From Craspedostauros australis (lineage: Eukaryota): a DNA stretch of 32,545 nt. The position numbers were made by a program, and so were the translations under genes. The stretch spans positions 1-32,545 of the forward strand of contig JALAGF010002287.1 of NCBI GenBank assembly GCA_030167865.1. The letters run 5' to 3'. The notes beneath the pieces were generated by a model that saw only the letters and a list, made by a program, of their open reading frames with translations, was not told where the DNA came from and did no database searches. Shown in pieces: positions 21,289 to 31,781 of this stretch (position 1 is the first letter of the stretch; each line of letters starts with the position of its first letter).

Positions 21289-22605
21289 TCATTCCTCTAT
21301 TTCCATCATCTGACGGATCCTGCGCTTCAACGAGCCGTCTCCTATGTCGTCGCAAATGGAGAAGTACTCATTGACGGATCTCTGCGGATCTGCAAAGATC
21401 GGAGCGTTGTTATATTCGTCGTACAGCGTGTCGTTGGCCTCCATGCGACGCATCAGATCCAGGGCTTCATCGGGCCTGGCGAGATCGTAATAGATGAACG
21501 CCTTGGGATTGAAGACATCGAGGATGGTTCTAGAACCAGCGTATATTGGCAAGCAGCCGCTCATCAATCCATACAGCAGCTTTTCCGTGACGTACCCCAC
21601 GTTGCCAACGACGTTCTCCATCACTATGCAGTACTTGTACTTGCCCATATTGCGCGCGTTGTCCGCAAAGGCCTTCCTTCCGCCAAGTACCGTGTCTGGC
21701 AACAAGCTGTTTGGGCGCATCCCTTTCTCCGGCTTGCATATACCGTGATAAATGTCGAGGAACTCGGACATTCGTCTGGCGGCTTCATTTCGGAAGCCGA
21801 CGCAGTTGCTGTTCTTGTACAGAACCCCGTTGATCTCCCGTGTTGAGTTCTTCCGCGGCATCGCGGTGGGGTTGCGGATGAACTCAGCGAAAGGCGAGCC
21901 CATGATTTCCACGACGAACGTCATGTGCATGACCTGGTAGGAATTGTCGCGCCGATTGTGTGAGATGGGCCCGAGCTGGTACAACCGTCTGTCGATCTGC
22001 GCAGGTGTGAAGACGGTCCACATATCACCGGTGGACTCTCCATTCATGAAAATGACCTTGCCCACACGCTGGCTTTCGTTTTTTAGCATGACGTTGTCGC
22101 CCCATGTCTGGCGTGCGTGTTGTGGCGCTCGGTAGCTCAACGGTGCGAAGATAACATCGTTGGGCGTGAGCTCGATGCTCGGGTCCCAATCGCCGCTGAA
22201 CTCGAATTCCGGGAACATGCATTTGACAAGGCCATCGATCCATGGCTGGGCGGTGAAGACCCGTCCCGGTTCCATCAGCAGCCTCGGAGGACGCTGTGCG
22301 CTGCTTTGGCTTGTTTCGTTCACTTTGCTGTCGCCTGCATTCGGCGCGTGGAAAATAGAGTCATCCATATTCATGAAGACCATGGTGCTGCTCTTCAGGT
22401 TGCCAAAGATGACATTGGCAACAACGACGAAGAAGAAGATTCCGCCTCTGATGAGATTGTTTTTGGAGCTGTGGACTTTCGCTGCCACATTCGTCGGCTT
22501 TGATCGGTTGCGTCTGGCATTACGTTTGCTTTTGGCAGCATGCTTGTGGTGGACTTGCGCGTCATCTGCCGAGGCATCTGAGGATGCTGACTGCGGTGCT
22601 CCCAT
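21289..22605 (-). CDS. Glycosyltransferase family 10 (alpha-1,3/4-fucosyltransferase-like), type II membrane protein, about 438 aa
   Basis: Basic N-tail, TM GIFFFVVVANVIFG, GT10 motif YKYCIVMENVVGNVGYVTEKLLYGLMSGCLPIYAG...FNPKAFI...NDTLYDEY; first ATG at 22605. Confidence 0.9.
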   Translation of the reverse strand: MGAPQSASSDASADDAQVHHKHAAKSKRNARRNRSKPTNVAAKVHSSKNNLIRGGIFFFVVVANVIFGNLKSSTMVFMNMDDSIFHAPNAGDSKVNETSQSSAQRPPRLLMEPGRVFTAQPWIDGLVKCMFPEFEFSGDWDPSIELTPNDVIFAPLSYRAPQHARQTWGDNVMLKNESQRVGKVIFMNGESTGDMWTVFTPAQIDRRLYQLGPISHNRRDNSYQVMHMTFVVEIMGSPFAEFIRNPTAMPRKNSTREINGVLYKNSNCVGFRNEAARRMSEFLDIYHGICKPEKGMRPNSLLPDTVLGGRKAFADNARNMGKYKYCIVMENVVGNVGYVTEKLLYGLMSGCLPIYAGSRTILDVFNPKAFIYYDLARPDEALDLMRRMEANDTLYDEYNNAPIFADPQRSVNEYFSICDDIGDGSLKRRIRQMMEIEE

Positions 22606-22932
22606 GATCGTCAAGTTGTATTGCTCTGGGATGGCGTCTTCTCTCTGGATTGCTGAACTCTGTTATTGGTCTAAAAGCAATCGGATACCACACCACCAAT
22701 TGAGCCGCTCACATGATCCAGTGGGAAAGTACGATCAATGGAACTATGGCAATCGTTCAAGTTGGAATGTGCGGTGCAGACTCTTGAGGGTATGGGAGGA
22801 GAGAGCACCTCTTGTGCCATTGTGCGTCTGTCATTGTTCATCCGTTGTCGGAGGTCGCAGTGTTTGTGGCAACGCCGCGAAGTTTTCGCTTGCACCTCCC
22901 GCTCCGCCAAACCGATGAGCTTCGGCGTGTAC

Positions 22933-22942
22933 ATGACGTCAT
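22933..22942. promoter_or_regulatory. Palindromic CRE/bZIP-type site ATGACGTCAT in a divergent promoter
   Basis: Perfect 10-bp palindrome roughly midway between the GT10 start (22605, -) and the ankyrin gene start (23243, +). Confidence 0.4.
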
Positions 22943-23095
22943 ATTAGGGCTTTTGAAGTCTATCTAGTTTTGTTTGAATATCTACGTTTCCCACATCCTC
23001 GGCGAATGAAGCAGTGACAGAAACACGACTCGATCTTTGCGCGTGAGGGTGGTTGCGATCCCTCATCACATTCGCCGCATTCGCCCAGACCCACA

Positions 23096-23126
23096 CACAT
23101 TCACATTCACATTCACATTCACATTC
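23096..23126. repeat. (CACATT)n repeat near the probable transcription start of the ankyrin gene
   Basis: cacattcacattcacattcacattcacattc. Confidence 0.8.
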
Positions 23127-23242
23127 AGAACAACCACAAGACCCAACAAACCGCCGCTGAACGTCAAACAGCAAGTGCCAAGTATCGACATGCACAGCCC
23201 GACACATCATCTTCCTCAAAGAAGCCATTGCTGAGACAACAG

Positions 23243-24910
23243 ATGGCATCGCAACACAACTCCGCCCGACGTCGCTATCCAAGAGCTGCGGCGCATCAAG
23301 GCGGACATCTCCGACCGACCGTCTACCGCCTCGCGCAGCAACGCAAATACGCTGCGATGATGGAGCGCGCGACCAAAGAACCGAAGAACGTCGGTTGGAG
23401 CGACGACAACGGCATGACGGCGCTGCACGTGCTGTGCAGATTCCGAATGCCCGTGGATCCGCCGCCCATGTGGTTGCTGCATCACGACGGCGTGGTCGAT
23501 GTGAGCACCTTGTGCCCGCTGCTGCAGGCTGTCTACTGCATCCTCGACATCGACCCAAACCTGATGACGAGGATGGATTGCATGGGATACACTGCGTTGC
23601 ACTATGCATGTGGCGACCGCAGATTTTGCAATTGCGGGGACGGGAACAAGACCACGCTTGTTTTGCTGCTTCTGAAGGTATGCGCTGACCGTCTGGATGC
23701 GCAATCGCAACAACAACTCATGCGCCATCAAATCAAAAAGAATTGTTCGTTCTACACAGCATTCCACATGTCCTGTTCTCGCAATGATTCTTTTGAGGTG
23801 CTCCAAGCCTTCTTGAGGATCGATCCCATGGTTGTCCATTTCTCGACCAATGATAAGAAGCATTATCCCACTCGCGGTTTCTTTCACTCGCGGCACACTG
23901 CGCACCCGCACGTGTATCCGCACGACGGCGGGAAGAACGGACCTGATCAGATGGTAGGCGCTTGCGCCAACGATGTAGCCGCGAGCACAAGGATGCATCG
24001 CATGGCAACAGTCGTGAGCGCCGGGACTTGCCATGACAAAGACGTGACGAATGCCACCTCCACCCTTCCCGTCAAATCTCTCTGGCTCGCCGCCAGTGCC
24101 ATTGAGAACGAACTCTATCACGCCATCAAAGGGGTAACACCTGATGGTTCTGAACGAAGCGTCCGCATGCAGGCCGAGAATGAAGGGGCCTCACAAGTCG
24201 TAAGGAAGAAGCAGTATGCCACTCTGGATCGCACACACTACTACAAGCTCAGCACATTCCGAAAGATGCGTCTCCTATTCCACGCGCTTTACTGGGGCAG
24301 TGTCGATCGCTTTGATCCAAGCCTGCGCAACGACTGCATCGGGCTTGACGTTTCGGAACCACCCTTCACAGAGCCGCAACATGCCGACGGGGACAAGCTG
24401 CACTTTCCCATTCTCTATGTCGCTTGCAGGGTGCACTTGCCACCACACTTCATATCCGAACTGGTGGATCAGATCGAAAACAGCCACAAGAAAGAGGCAT
24501 TCTTTGCGGGGACCGATCTCACGAATGGATGCAACGTGTTGCACCAACTCATGTATTTCACCATCTGCGGAGCGACATTTGTCCACTCCGAGTTGCTTGT
24601 AAACGCCGTGCTAACCCACTTCCCTCGCGCGGCCTCCGTTCCATTCCCGGACAGGTGTCATGGCGCACTGTACCCTCTCCACGTCGCTCTTCATGACTTC
24701 AAGTGGAGATGGCGTGATACCAACTTGCATTTGATAATCTCTGCGTTTCCAGAGGCCCTGCAAATCGAGGATCCCAGATCTGGCCTGCTTCCATTTCAAA
24801 CTGCAGCCGCGGGCATAAATACCCCCTGGTGCCCGGGCGATCTGACGACAACGTTCTACCTGCTTCGGATGAAGCCAGATGTCCTTCGTATGTACGAGCA
24901 CATGGGGTAA
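23243..24910 (+). CDS. Ankyrin-repeat protein, diatom-type C-terminus (about 555 aa)
   Basis: DDNGMTALHVLC, DCMGYTALHYAC, NGCNVLHQL, YPLHVAL, and terminal FPEALQIEDPRSGLLPFQTAA...DLTTTFYLLRMKPDVL. Confidence 0.85.
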   Translation: MASQHNSARRRYPRAAAHQGGHLRPTVYRLAQQRKYAAMMERATKEPKNVGWSDDNGMTALHVLCRFRMPVDPPPMWLLHHDGVVDVSTLCPLLQAVYCILDIDPNLMTRMDCMGYTALHYACGDRRFCNCGDGNKTTLVLLLLKVCADRLDAQSQQQLMRHQIKKNCSFYTAFHMSCSRNDSFEVLQAFLRIDPMVVHFSTNDKKHYPTRGFFHSRHTAHPHVYPHDGGKNGPDQMVGACANDVAASTRMHRMATVVSAGTCHDKDVTNATSTLPVKSLWLAASAIENELYHAIKGVTPDGSERSVRMQAENEGASQVVRKKQYATLDRTHYYKLSTFRKMRLLFHALYWGSVDRFDPSLRNDCIGLDVSEPPFTEPQHADGDKLHFPILYVACRVHLPPHFISELVDQIENSHKKEAFFAGTDLTNGCNVLHQLMYFTICGATFVHSELLVNAVLTHFPRAASVPFPDRCHGALYPLHVALHDFKWRWRDTNLHLIISAFPEALQIEDPRSGLLPFQTAAAGINTPWCPGDLTTTFYLLRMKPDVLRMYEHMG

Positions 24911-25967
24911 GCATGTGCAACAGTAGCGTACAATGTACGCTGTTGACGGCTGGCGGCAAGTCCGAAGAGCGCTACTCTCAATTGGCATGTACCACATTGT
25001 GTCGATCTTACTCTTTGAGTCATCGATTGCAGTATGAATATTATATGATCCGAACGTATTATGCGTACGAGTATCACAGAGCACAACAAGCAAAGGAGAT
25101 TTTCTACTCGTGCAGCCTGCCATACAGGCTTGAGGATCGCACCTCAATCGCAATAGTAGCCAAGAGAAGTGACACCAACACGCCCGATTGCCTTACCGAG
25201 CTCGTACTAGCGAGTATTACATGTGCGACTATTGTAGTAGAACATACGCATGATACCAATGGGGGTGCGCATAGTACCAGTAGATACCTCTTTACTCATA
25301 TCCGGACATTCATCGCCCACGAAGCAAGTGAGCAAACGTCAGAGAGTCCCAACCAACCCATCGCCCCAAATAGCTACGTCTACTGGTACCTACGGACTGC
25401 CTCTACCATACAACCTCCTCCCTTCGAGCCACAAATCGTCACCATCCCCAGAGCGTTCGTGATTGGATACTCGCGTTGCGCGACACGGAAGCATAATGAA
25501 AAACGTCGGAGACGTTCCGAGAACAGTCAAGAACTTTTTCGTGTGATGCCGATGGCTTCGTCCATGTGCGTGGGCACCCCTCGATGAATACGCACGTATG
25601 TAATCTGTGATCTGATGAACAACAAGGAATGAAAATGAAGTTATACCCCGGATACCGCACCATGGCCCTTCCCTTTGCGGTCACCACCACTTCAAAGATG
25701 TTTGGGAGAGACGTCATCCGTTTTGAACTTCTTCATGTCGCCAACCGACATGGATGTTTCCCACGTGCTCCACGCTCTGCCAGAGTTGCTCGGGCAATCT
25801 CCGCACCAGCTACTTGTACTCGTACGTCGCTCGTGTGTCGCTCGCGCGTTGCGAAACATGAGGGATCCATCGGCGTTCCTCATCAACAGTCCACCACATC
25901 CTCATAAAATCGCAATCGCAATCCAAGGCATCGCTACCACCATCACCAACCACAACAACATTCTAAC

Positions 25968-26411
25968 ATGAGCGCTGATCCAACCCGTTCCCAACTGGCC
26001 GCCCTGATGACATGCGGCGGAGTGGCATTGCTGCACGTGGCCTACATCATCGTGCACCGCAGCTCCTCCATGGCGATGGGAAAGGCCACCCCAACCTCCT
26101 TCGGACCAAGCCGCAGCGAGCCACCCACTTCGCTCTACGGCAGGATCTGCGCATCGCATTCCAACTGCATGGAGAATCTGCCATTGTTCGCCATCGTCGT
26201 GTGCGTCCACGCATTGCTGACGGTCATGGACACGACATCACCGGCACCAATCGATGCATCGGCGTGGCGATATGTCTATTTCCGAATCGGCCAATCCGCG
26301 ATGTTCTGCGCCGGGTACTCCGATGGCGTCGTCACGGCTCGGTTCATGTGCTTCTTGGTGCAGATAGGATGCTTGCTGTTGATGGCGAACAGCATCATCG
26401 CTGTTCTTTGA
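25968..26411 (+). CDS. MAPEG family membrane protein (147 aa)
   Basis: Four hydrophobic segments; RICASHSNCMENLPLF matches the MAPEG R-x3-H-x-N-x2-E-N-x-P-x-F motif; AWRYVYFRIGQS. Confidence 0.85.
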   Translation: MSADPTRSQLAALMTCGGVALLHVAYIIVHRSSSMAMGKATPTSFGPSRSEPPTSLYGRICASHSNCMENLPLFAIVVCVHALLTVMDTTSPAPIDASAWRYVYFRIGQSAMFCAGYSDGVVTARFMCFLVQIGCLLLMANSIIAVL

Positions 26412-26823
26412 TGAGCAGAATACCTACTCGCAAGTATTCTCTCAAGAGAGAGGGGGAGGAATGGATGGAGCGCAAGACCGCAGCAGCTGTATTCGCAGCC
26501 GCAACAATGGCGGCAGCAGCGGCGGCCACGACGAAGGGTGGCACCAAACTGAGAGGACGTTATGATTCGTGAAATCCATCGTGAACCAGCAGCAGGACAT
26601 GGGTTGGCAGGCGAAACGAGTGACGGAACAACGCAAGCTAACTGCAAGATGAGACTCATGCCGAGGATTGTGCTGTTGTCAATGCAGATGCTAATGATAG
26701 ACATAACGTAACAGTTAAACATAACATCGCAATGAAGCTCACAATTTCACAGAGTGCATTTGGACAAGGTACGATTCCGGCTGCGAGTACCAATAGGTAC
26801 CACTGCCACTGCCGCCGCCGACG

Positions 26824-27891
26824 CTATTCGCTTTCATGTTCCACCGCTTCGTCTCGATCCACGTATTCCACCGAAGGATCTTGAGGGCCTTTCGCAATCA
26901 GAAACACGTACCAATCATCTTCTCCGTTGAAACGCCACACGGAGACAGAATACTCGTCCGGTTTCAGCCGCATGGGACAGTCTTCTTCTTCCATGTACCA
27001 GTCCGTCGAGCCACAGCTATGACCGACGGTATGCTCGATGCCAAATTGGATGGCGAGATAAACGTACGTATCCAAACAGGCTCCACAGTAGAATCTCCCT
27101 TTCACTGGATAGATGGCCGCAAGCTCCTGACCAGAGCAGCAACTGCGCGCCTCACATGGCTGCACCTTCCGCTTTTTCGCCAACGGAGGTGGTATGCGAT
27201 CGGAGCTCGTCGTAGTTGCACCAGTTCGGGTTCCTTGGCAAGCATGTGCGCTTCTGTGTTTGCTCCCGCTATCGCCATCAGTATGATGATCACCATCGCT
27301 GTCACTGTCACTGTCACCGTCAGTCTCAATGAAGTACTCACGTATCGATTCTGGATAATCAAACGATTCAATGGCCTCGTCTCGCATCTGGTCATAATCC
27401 GCGAATCGATCTGTTCCCCAGAAAGCTCTCTGAAGTCGAGGCGCGAAGAAGGTCTCCTGATAGAATCCATGCAAAGAATTGTACGTCTCGGTGTGGCAGC
27501 TCGATTCTATGCGAAAATCACCGGACCGGATGCTGCGATGCAACTTCTTGTACAGCATCTCTGTTTCTGCGCGCACGTCATCGGCTTGGTTGCCTTCATA
27601 AATCAGGAGAATCTCTCGATCTTTCATGTAGTCGAGGAAGCGCTGGAAGTGCGAAGATGCCTTGCGTGGTGCGTTGTTCTCACCATCGTCGTCGTTGGTA
27701 CCCGCACAAGACTGTTCGCGCAATGCAGTACGCAGGGTGGTGTTGACTTTACGCAGGCATCCCACGCTGCTGTAGCTGAGATGCACCAGGATGACTTCGC
27801 GCAATCCCTCCATCTCCAGCAGCTGGCACAGCATCGTCCCGTTGCCGTCGTTGACGTCTGGGACTTCGTCTGGTGCTTTCGGAGTCTTCAT
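26824..27891 (-). CDS. Hypothetical protein with N-terminal F-box-like segment (355 aa)
   Basis: LLEMEGLREVILVHLSYSSVGCLRKVNTTLR resembles an F-box; acidic DGDSDSD linker; Cys-rich C-terminal part; globular composition unlike the antisense ORF. Confidence 0.7.
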   Translation of the reverse strand: MKTPKAPDEVPDVNDGNGTMLCQLLEMEGLREVILVHLSYSSVGCLRKVNTTLRTALREQSCAGTNDDDGENNAPRKASSHFQRFLDYMKDREILLIYEGNQADDVRAETEMLYKKLHRSIRSGDFRIESSCHTETYNSLHGFYQETFFAPRLQRAFWGTDRFADYDQMRDEAIESFDYPESIREYFIETDGDSDSDSDGDHHTDGDSGSKHRSAHACQGTRTGATTTSSDRIPPPLAKKRKVQPCEARSCCSGQELAAIYPVKGRFYCGACLDTYVYLAIQFGIEHTVGHSCGSTDWYMEEEDCPMRLKPDEYSVSVWRFNGEDDWYVFLIAKGPQDPSVEYVDRDEAVEHESE

Positions 27892-28647
27892 GTCTGGTCA
27901 TTGATGGCGGTTGTGTCTGCCATCATATAAAACCTTCGAACGATGCCGTTGTTTCGAACGATGCCGATATTGTGGATGATGCTGCGGATGATGCTGCGGA
28001 TGATGCTGATGGTGGTAGTGATGTCGGCGAGGCAACTGTTACACGTCCCGCAAGAGGAAAGGCACAACAATGCAACCAAAAGATCCACAAGCCACACGGA
28101 ACGACAACGACAACGGCAACAACCAACACCATCGCGACATCCAAAAGGCATTCGTCGTTTCCAGAAAAGGCACATCGCGAGTGTCAAGATCCAACCATCG
28201 ACTCGTGTTCACGAATGATCGCAAGAAGTCGAATGATGTCAGTCGCTCCACACAACACATCATCGAAAAGAGGCTAAATGCAGCCAAAAGGCCTTTCGGC
28301 GTCAGGATCTTCCAGTCGCTTCGAAGATGGTCATCTTTCCCCAACAACCAATCGGAATCATCCGCCACAATGCAGAACCACCGATTCCTTTTCGCCAATG
28401 CGATGTGTGGTCCTGTTGTCACAACACTTCGATGGATTTCTATCGAACTCCAAGTTGATCTGAACAGCTCCGTTTCACCCCAAGTTCTGTCATCGGACCA
28501 CCTGTGGGGCCATGGATCCACCTGCACAGCATCTGCCTCACCCGACCCATCATGATCTGCTCATAAAAAGCAAATCGCATCCAAACAAAGCAACGCAACG
28601 CACGGCAATCATCACCACACCCCAAGTCCCATTCCGCAACAGCAACA

Positions 28648-29535
28648 ATGACCCCTCCCACTTTGACCCTCACCTACTTCGGTATCGCCGGTGCCGCCGA
28701 ACCAATCCGATTGGCTGCCGCAATCGGCAAGGTAAGTGCGCGATGGGTCGAAAGAATCCTCCTGCATCATGATCTGGACGCTCTGCCAGAACATCATGGG
28801 CTGCCTGTCTATCTCTTCTTTCTCATCCATTCCTTTCCGCCATGAATGTTTGCAACGCACTCGTATCGCAACGTATCGCAACACGACGCATGTTATACCT
28901 ACCTATCACAGGTCCCATACATCCACAAGAGCCTCGAATTCAAGGACTGGCCTGAGTACAAGAAGACCACGCCAGTCGGTCTGCTCCCTCTGTTGGAGGT
29001 CGACAATGGCAAGGATGACAAGCAGGTCATCCCAGAAAGCGTCGCTATCTTGCGTTACTTCGGCAAGCTGGGTGGACTCTACCCCACCGATCCCCTCGAA
29101 GCGCTGAAGGTGGATTCCATCGTGGATTCGTCGTTGGACTCCATGAAGGCCATCGCTCTGACGGTCCAAGGGTCAGTCACGAACATGATTTCTGACGAGC
29201 CATGGACCAAGGAAGAGGTCGCCGCGATCCGCAAGAGAATTGCCACCACGAAGGATGCCGGCCTCCTCATGTACATGGCCTACCTCAACGGTGTGCTGGA
29301 GAAGAACGGAAGCGGTTGGTTCGTCGGCGATTCCGTCACGATCGCGGATCTCATGGTCTTGCGCGTCACCAGCTGGGTGGGATCCGGCATGCTTGATGGT
29401 ATTCCACCAGAGACCCTGGATCCATTCCCGCTCATCAAGGCTCACATGGAAAAGATCGCGGCACTCCCAGAAGTGAAGGAGTTCCGTGACAAGCACACTA
29501 CCCCATACGGCAATTTCAAGTTCGGAATGAAGTAA
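28648..29535 (+). CDS. GST: Glutathione S-transferase, sigma-class-like, 2 exons, 235 aa
   Basis: Exon 1 28648-28731 (LTYFGIAGAAEPIRL), intron GTAAGT...CACAG 28732-28911, exon 2 28912-29535 (TPVGLLPLLEVD, ESVAILRYFGKLGGLYP, WFVGDSVTIADL, FPLI). Confidence 0.93.
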
Positions 29536-29680
29536 ATGCCTCCTGCGTTACATTGCATTCATACTCTTCCGCTTTGCGGATACGGAGATGGACACGAAAT
29601 GCAGCTATCGAGCTGTGCTTGTCGCTCGCTCTCTTTATTGCTAACCCCAAATTAGAATAGATCAGTTTACGGTTGCGACT

Positions 29681-31438
29681 TTACTCGCTTTCCTCGCAAG
29701 CGTTTCTCTTGACGTATCGCAAGAACTGTGAATGCGTGTTGACTTGCTGCATGAGTTCCAAATCCACTTGGTACTTTCCATTTGACAGCTCTACGAGATG
29801 TTGCTTCGTGGCGTCACAGCCATGTTCACGTTCGGATTGCCTCCAGATGCTGTACCGGGCCTCGAGCAATCGGCAGCTTTCCGCGTCGTAAGCAATCCAT
29901 CCCTTCTCGTCACCATCGAACATCCACACGGCATGGCATGGATTCAACGAAGCATGGAGTTGGGTTTGTTGGTGCTGTTGCGTTGACGGTGGAGCAACCA
30001 GATCGCCAAGAATACGCTCCAACGCTGCTGGCCCGAACCGATTGCATTCCAGCACTTGTTGTGGCAGCAGCATCATGTTGCCGTCCTTCGATTTCGGCTG
30101 TTGGCAGAATGGGCACGATGCGACGGTCGCTTTGATGACGGACGGCCGCGGGCAATGGCGTTGCCGACAGATCCAGTCTCCCACTCGGCACGATGAGTCG
30201 TCACCGATTCGCAACGACTCGTGGAACTTGGATGACGCCGTTGTTGCAACAGCGGAGGTTGATGTCGTCGCGTCAAACGTCGCTGGTAAGTACTGCACAC
30301 CGTCGATCGCGCCGCGGTTATCCTCGACGGTGCTGTGTTCGATTTCGCACGAGGAATCGCCACGAATGACCACACCGGCACCATTGTTGTTGCGGACCGT
30401 GCAGTCGACCAGCTGCAGATGCGACCGTCGCTGGCCCTTCTGCGATGGCATCGTCAGCACCTCGATGGCGGCCTTATCGCATCGCAGCGTGCCTGTGACA
30501 TCGCAGTTGTGCAGACGCACGCGAGCATCCGCGTAGGCGTACAACGCGCGGATGGCGTGGTTGTGGAATTGGCAGTGCCTGAAATCCAAATGGCATGGAC
30601 CGCGAGCGCAGATGCCGTGCACGCCGCAGTCGACGATGCGACAATCGTCGAATTCGCATCGCACGCTGCCGAAGCACACGACGGCGGAACGCAGGGTCGA
30701 TGAGAAATGGCAGCCTCGCAGATGTAGCTTGGTCTTTTGGACCGCCCAGCAGCAAAATCCCGACGTCGAATGGATGATGCCGTTGGTGATGTGCGCGGAT
30801 GCCTTGTTGCGGAGGTTGATGATCGCACCAACTTGCGTGTGATCGTGTTGCTGCTGCTGCTGTTGTTGCTGTTTCGATTTGTTCTGTGTGCTGGCATCGA
30901 GCGTCGCATTCAAAGCCGTCAAAGCAGGTGAAGGAGGCGAAGGATCAGCAACTGAGGACACGCCATGAGATAGGTCCACATTCTCCAAAATGAGCTTGCT
31001 GTTGTTGTCCAGCAGGAAGATGGAATGCACATCGTTGGTCGCCCTGATCACTGCGTTGATGGGTGCCTTCCCGTCTTGCGCCAATCCATGCAGTTGCCTC
31101 GTCGTTGTCGGTGGATCATATCGAATGTGCAACACCTGCCTGCCCTTCAATCGGATGGTGGACTTGACGTTGACGACGCGTTGCTTCAGCAACAACACGG
31201 TCTTCGTCATAGCATCCGTCGGCTGCGGCTGCTGTCGCCGATGGCGTCCTTGCTGTTGCACACTGCCATCATGAGATCGACCGATGACATCCAAGCATGC
31301 ACTTTCGAAGGATTGATGGTCCTCTTTGTGTTGCTCATGCTCATGCTCATGCTGTTCCTGTTGCAGTTGCTGTGGATCACTGTTGGATGGATATGCGACA
31401 TGCAACTCCTCACTTGGATCTGTCACAAGATCTGGCAT
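29681..31438 (-). CDS. Right-handed beta-helix + RanBP2-like zinc finger + WWE domain protein (about 585 aa)
   Basis: Parallel beta-helix turns (DCRIVDCGVHGICA, NCDVTG, DCTVRNNNGAGVVI); GDWICRQRHC...CPFCQQPK; C-terminal WWE (VWMFDGDEKGWIAYDAESCRLLE...YQVDLELMQQVN...RYVKR). First ATG at 31438. Confidence 0.85.
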   Translation of the reverse strand: MPDLVTDPSEELHVAYPSNSDPQQLQQEQHEHEHEQHKEDHQSFESACLDVIGRSHDGSVQQQGRHRRQQPQPTDAMTKTVLLLKQRVVNVKSTIRLKGRQVLHIRYDPPTTTRQLHGLAQDGKAPINAVIRATNDVHSIFLLDNNSKLILENVDLSHGVSSVADPSPPSPALTALNATLDASTQNKSKQQQQQQQQHDHTQVGAIINLRNKASAHITNGIIHSTSGFCCWAVQKTKLHLRGCHFSSTLRSAVVCFGSVRCEFDDCRIVDCGVHGICARGPCHLDFRHCQFHNHAIRALYAYADARVRLHNCDVTGTLRCDKAAIEVLTMPSQKGQRRSHLQLVDCTVRNNNGAGVVIRGDSSCEIEHSTVEDNRGAIDGVQYLPATFDATTSTSAVATTASSKFHESLRIGDDSSCRVGDWICRQRHCPRPSVIKATVASCPFCQQPKSKDGNMMLLPQQVLECNRFGPAALERILGDLVAPPSTQQHQQTQLHASLNPCHAVWMFDGDEKGWIAYDAESCRLLEARYSIWRQSEREHGCDATKQHLVELSNGKYQVDLELMQQVNTHSQFLRYVKRNACEESE

Positions 31439-31742
31439 CACGAAAGAGATGCCTGTGCTCGAGAGAGAGTGATTGATTCCTGCTTTCTCTGTGCACTCGC
31501 ACAAGTACTAATACATAGTCGTAGTGCGGTGCGTTGGCTGTAGCTATCATCATCGTCATCACGATCATCATGATTTGTGCGTGTGCATTGTCATCAATGT
31601 CATCATCGCAGAATTTGTTCTCGGCAAAAAATGATTGGTTGGGACAACGTCACACCAGCATCCGCAATTTGAAGTTGAGGTTGGCGAGGCAAAGTCTCCA
31701 CCAGATCAAAGCTAGAGAGACGCCATCGTTAACAACTAATAT

Positions 31743-31781
31743 AATATGTTATTACATAGAATATGTTATTACATAGAATAG
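31743..31781. repeat. 17-bp tandem duplication AATATGTTATTACATAG x2 plus AATAG
   Basis: Copies at 31743-31759 and 31760-31776. Confidence 0.85.

Noticed and set aside
24829..25960. 252-aa ORF and neighbours
   Set aside because: Overlaps the ankyrin gene end in another frame and runs through 3' UTR-like sequence.
26836..27930. 364-aa + strand ORF overlapping the F-box-like gene
   Set aside because: Codon-registered antisense shadow with no recognisable motif; the - strand protein looks natural.
27930..28640. ORFs 28039..28527 and 28070..28555, and short repeats (TTCGAACGATGCCG x2, GGATGATGCTGC)
   Set aside because: Divergent promoter/UTR region with ordinary slippage repeats and no protein motif.
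8049..31438. PARP-related gene cluster (zf-PARP gene plus WWE gene)
   Set aside because: About 20 kb apart with many unrelated genes between and no PARP catalytic domain in the window.
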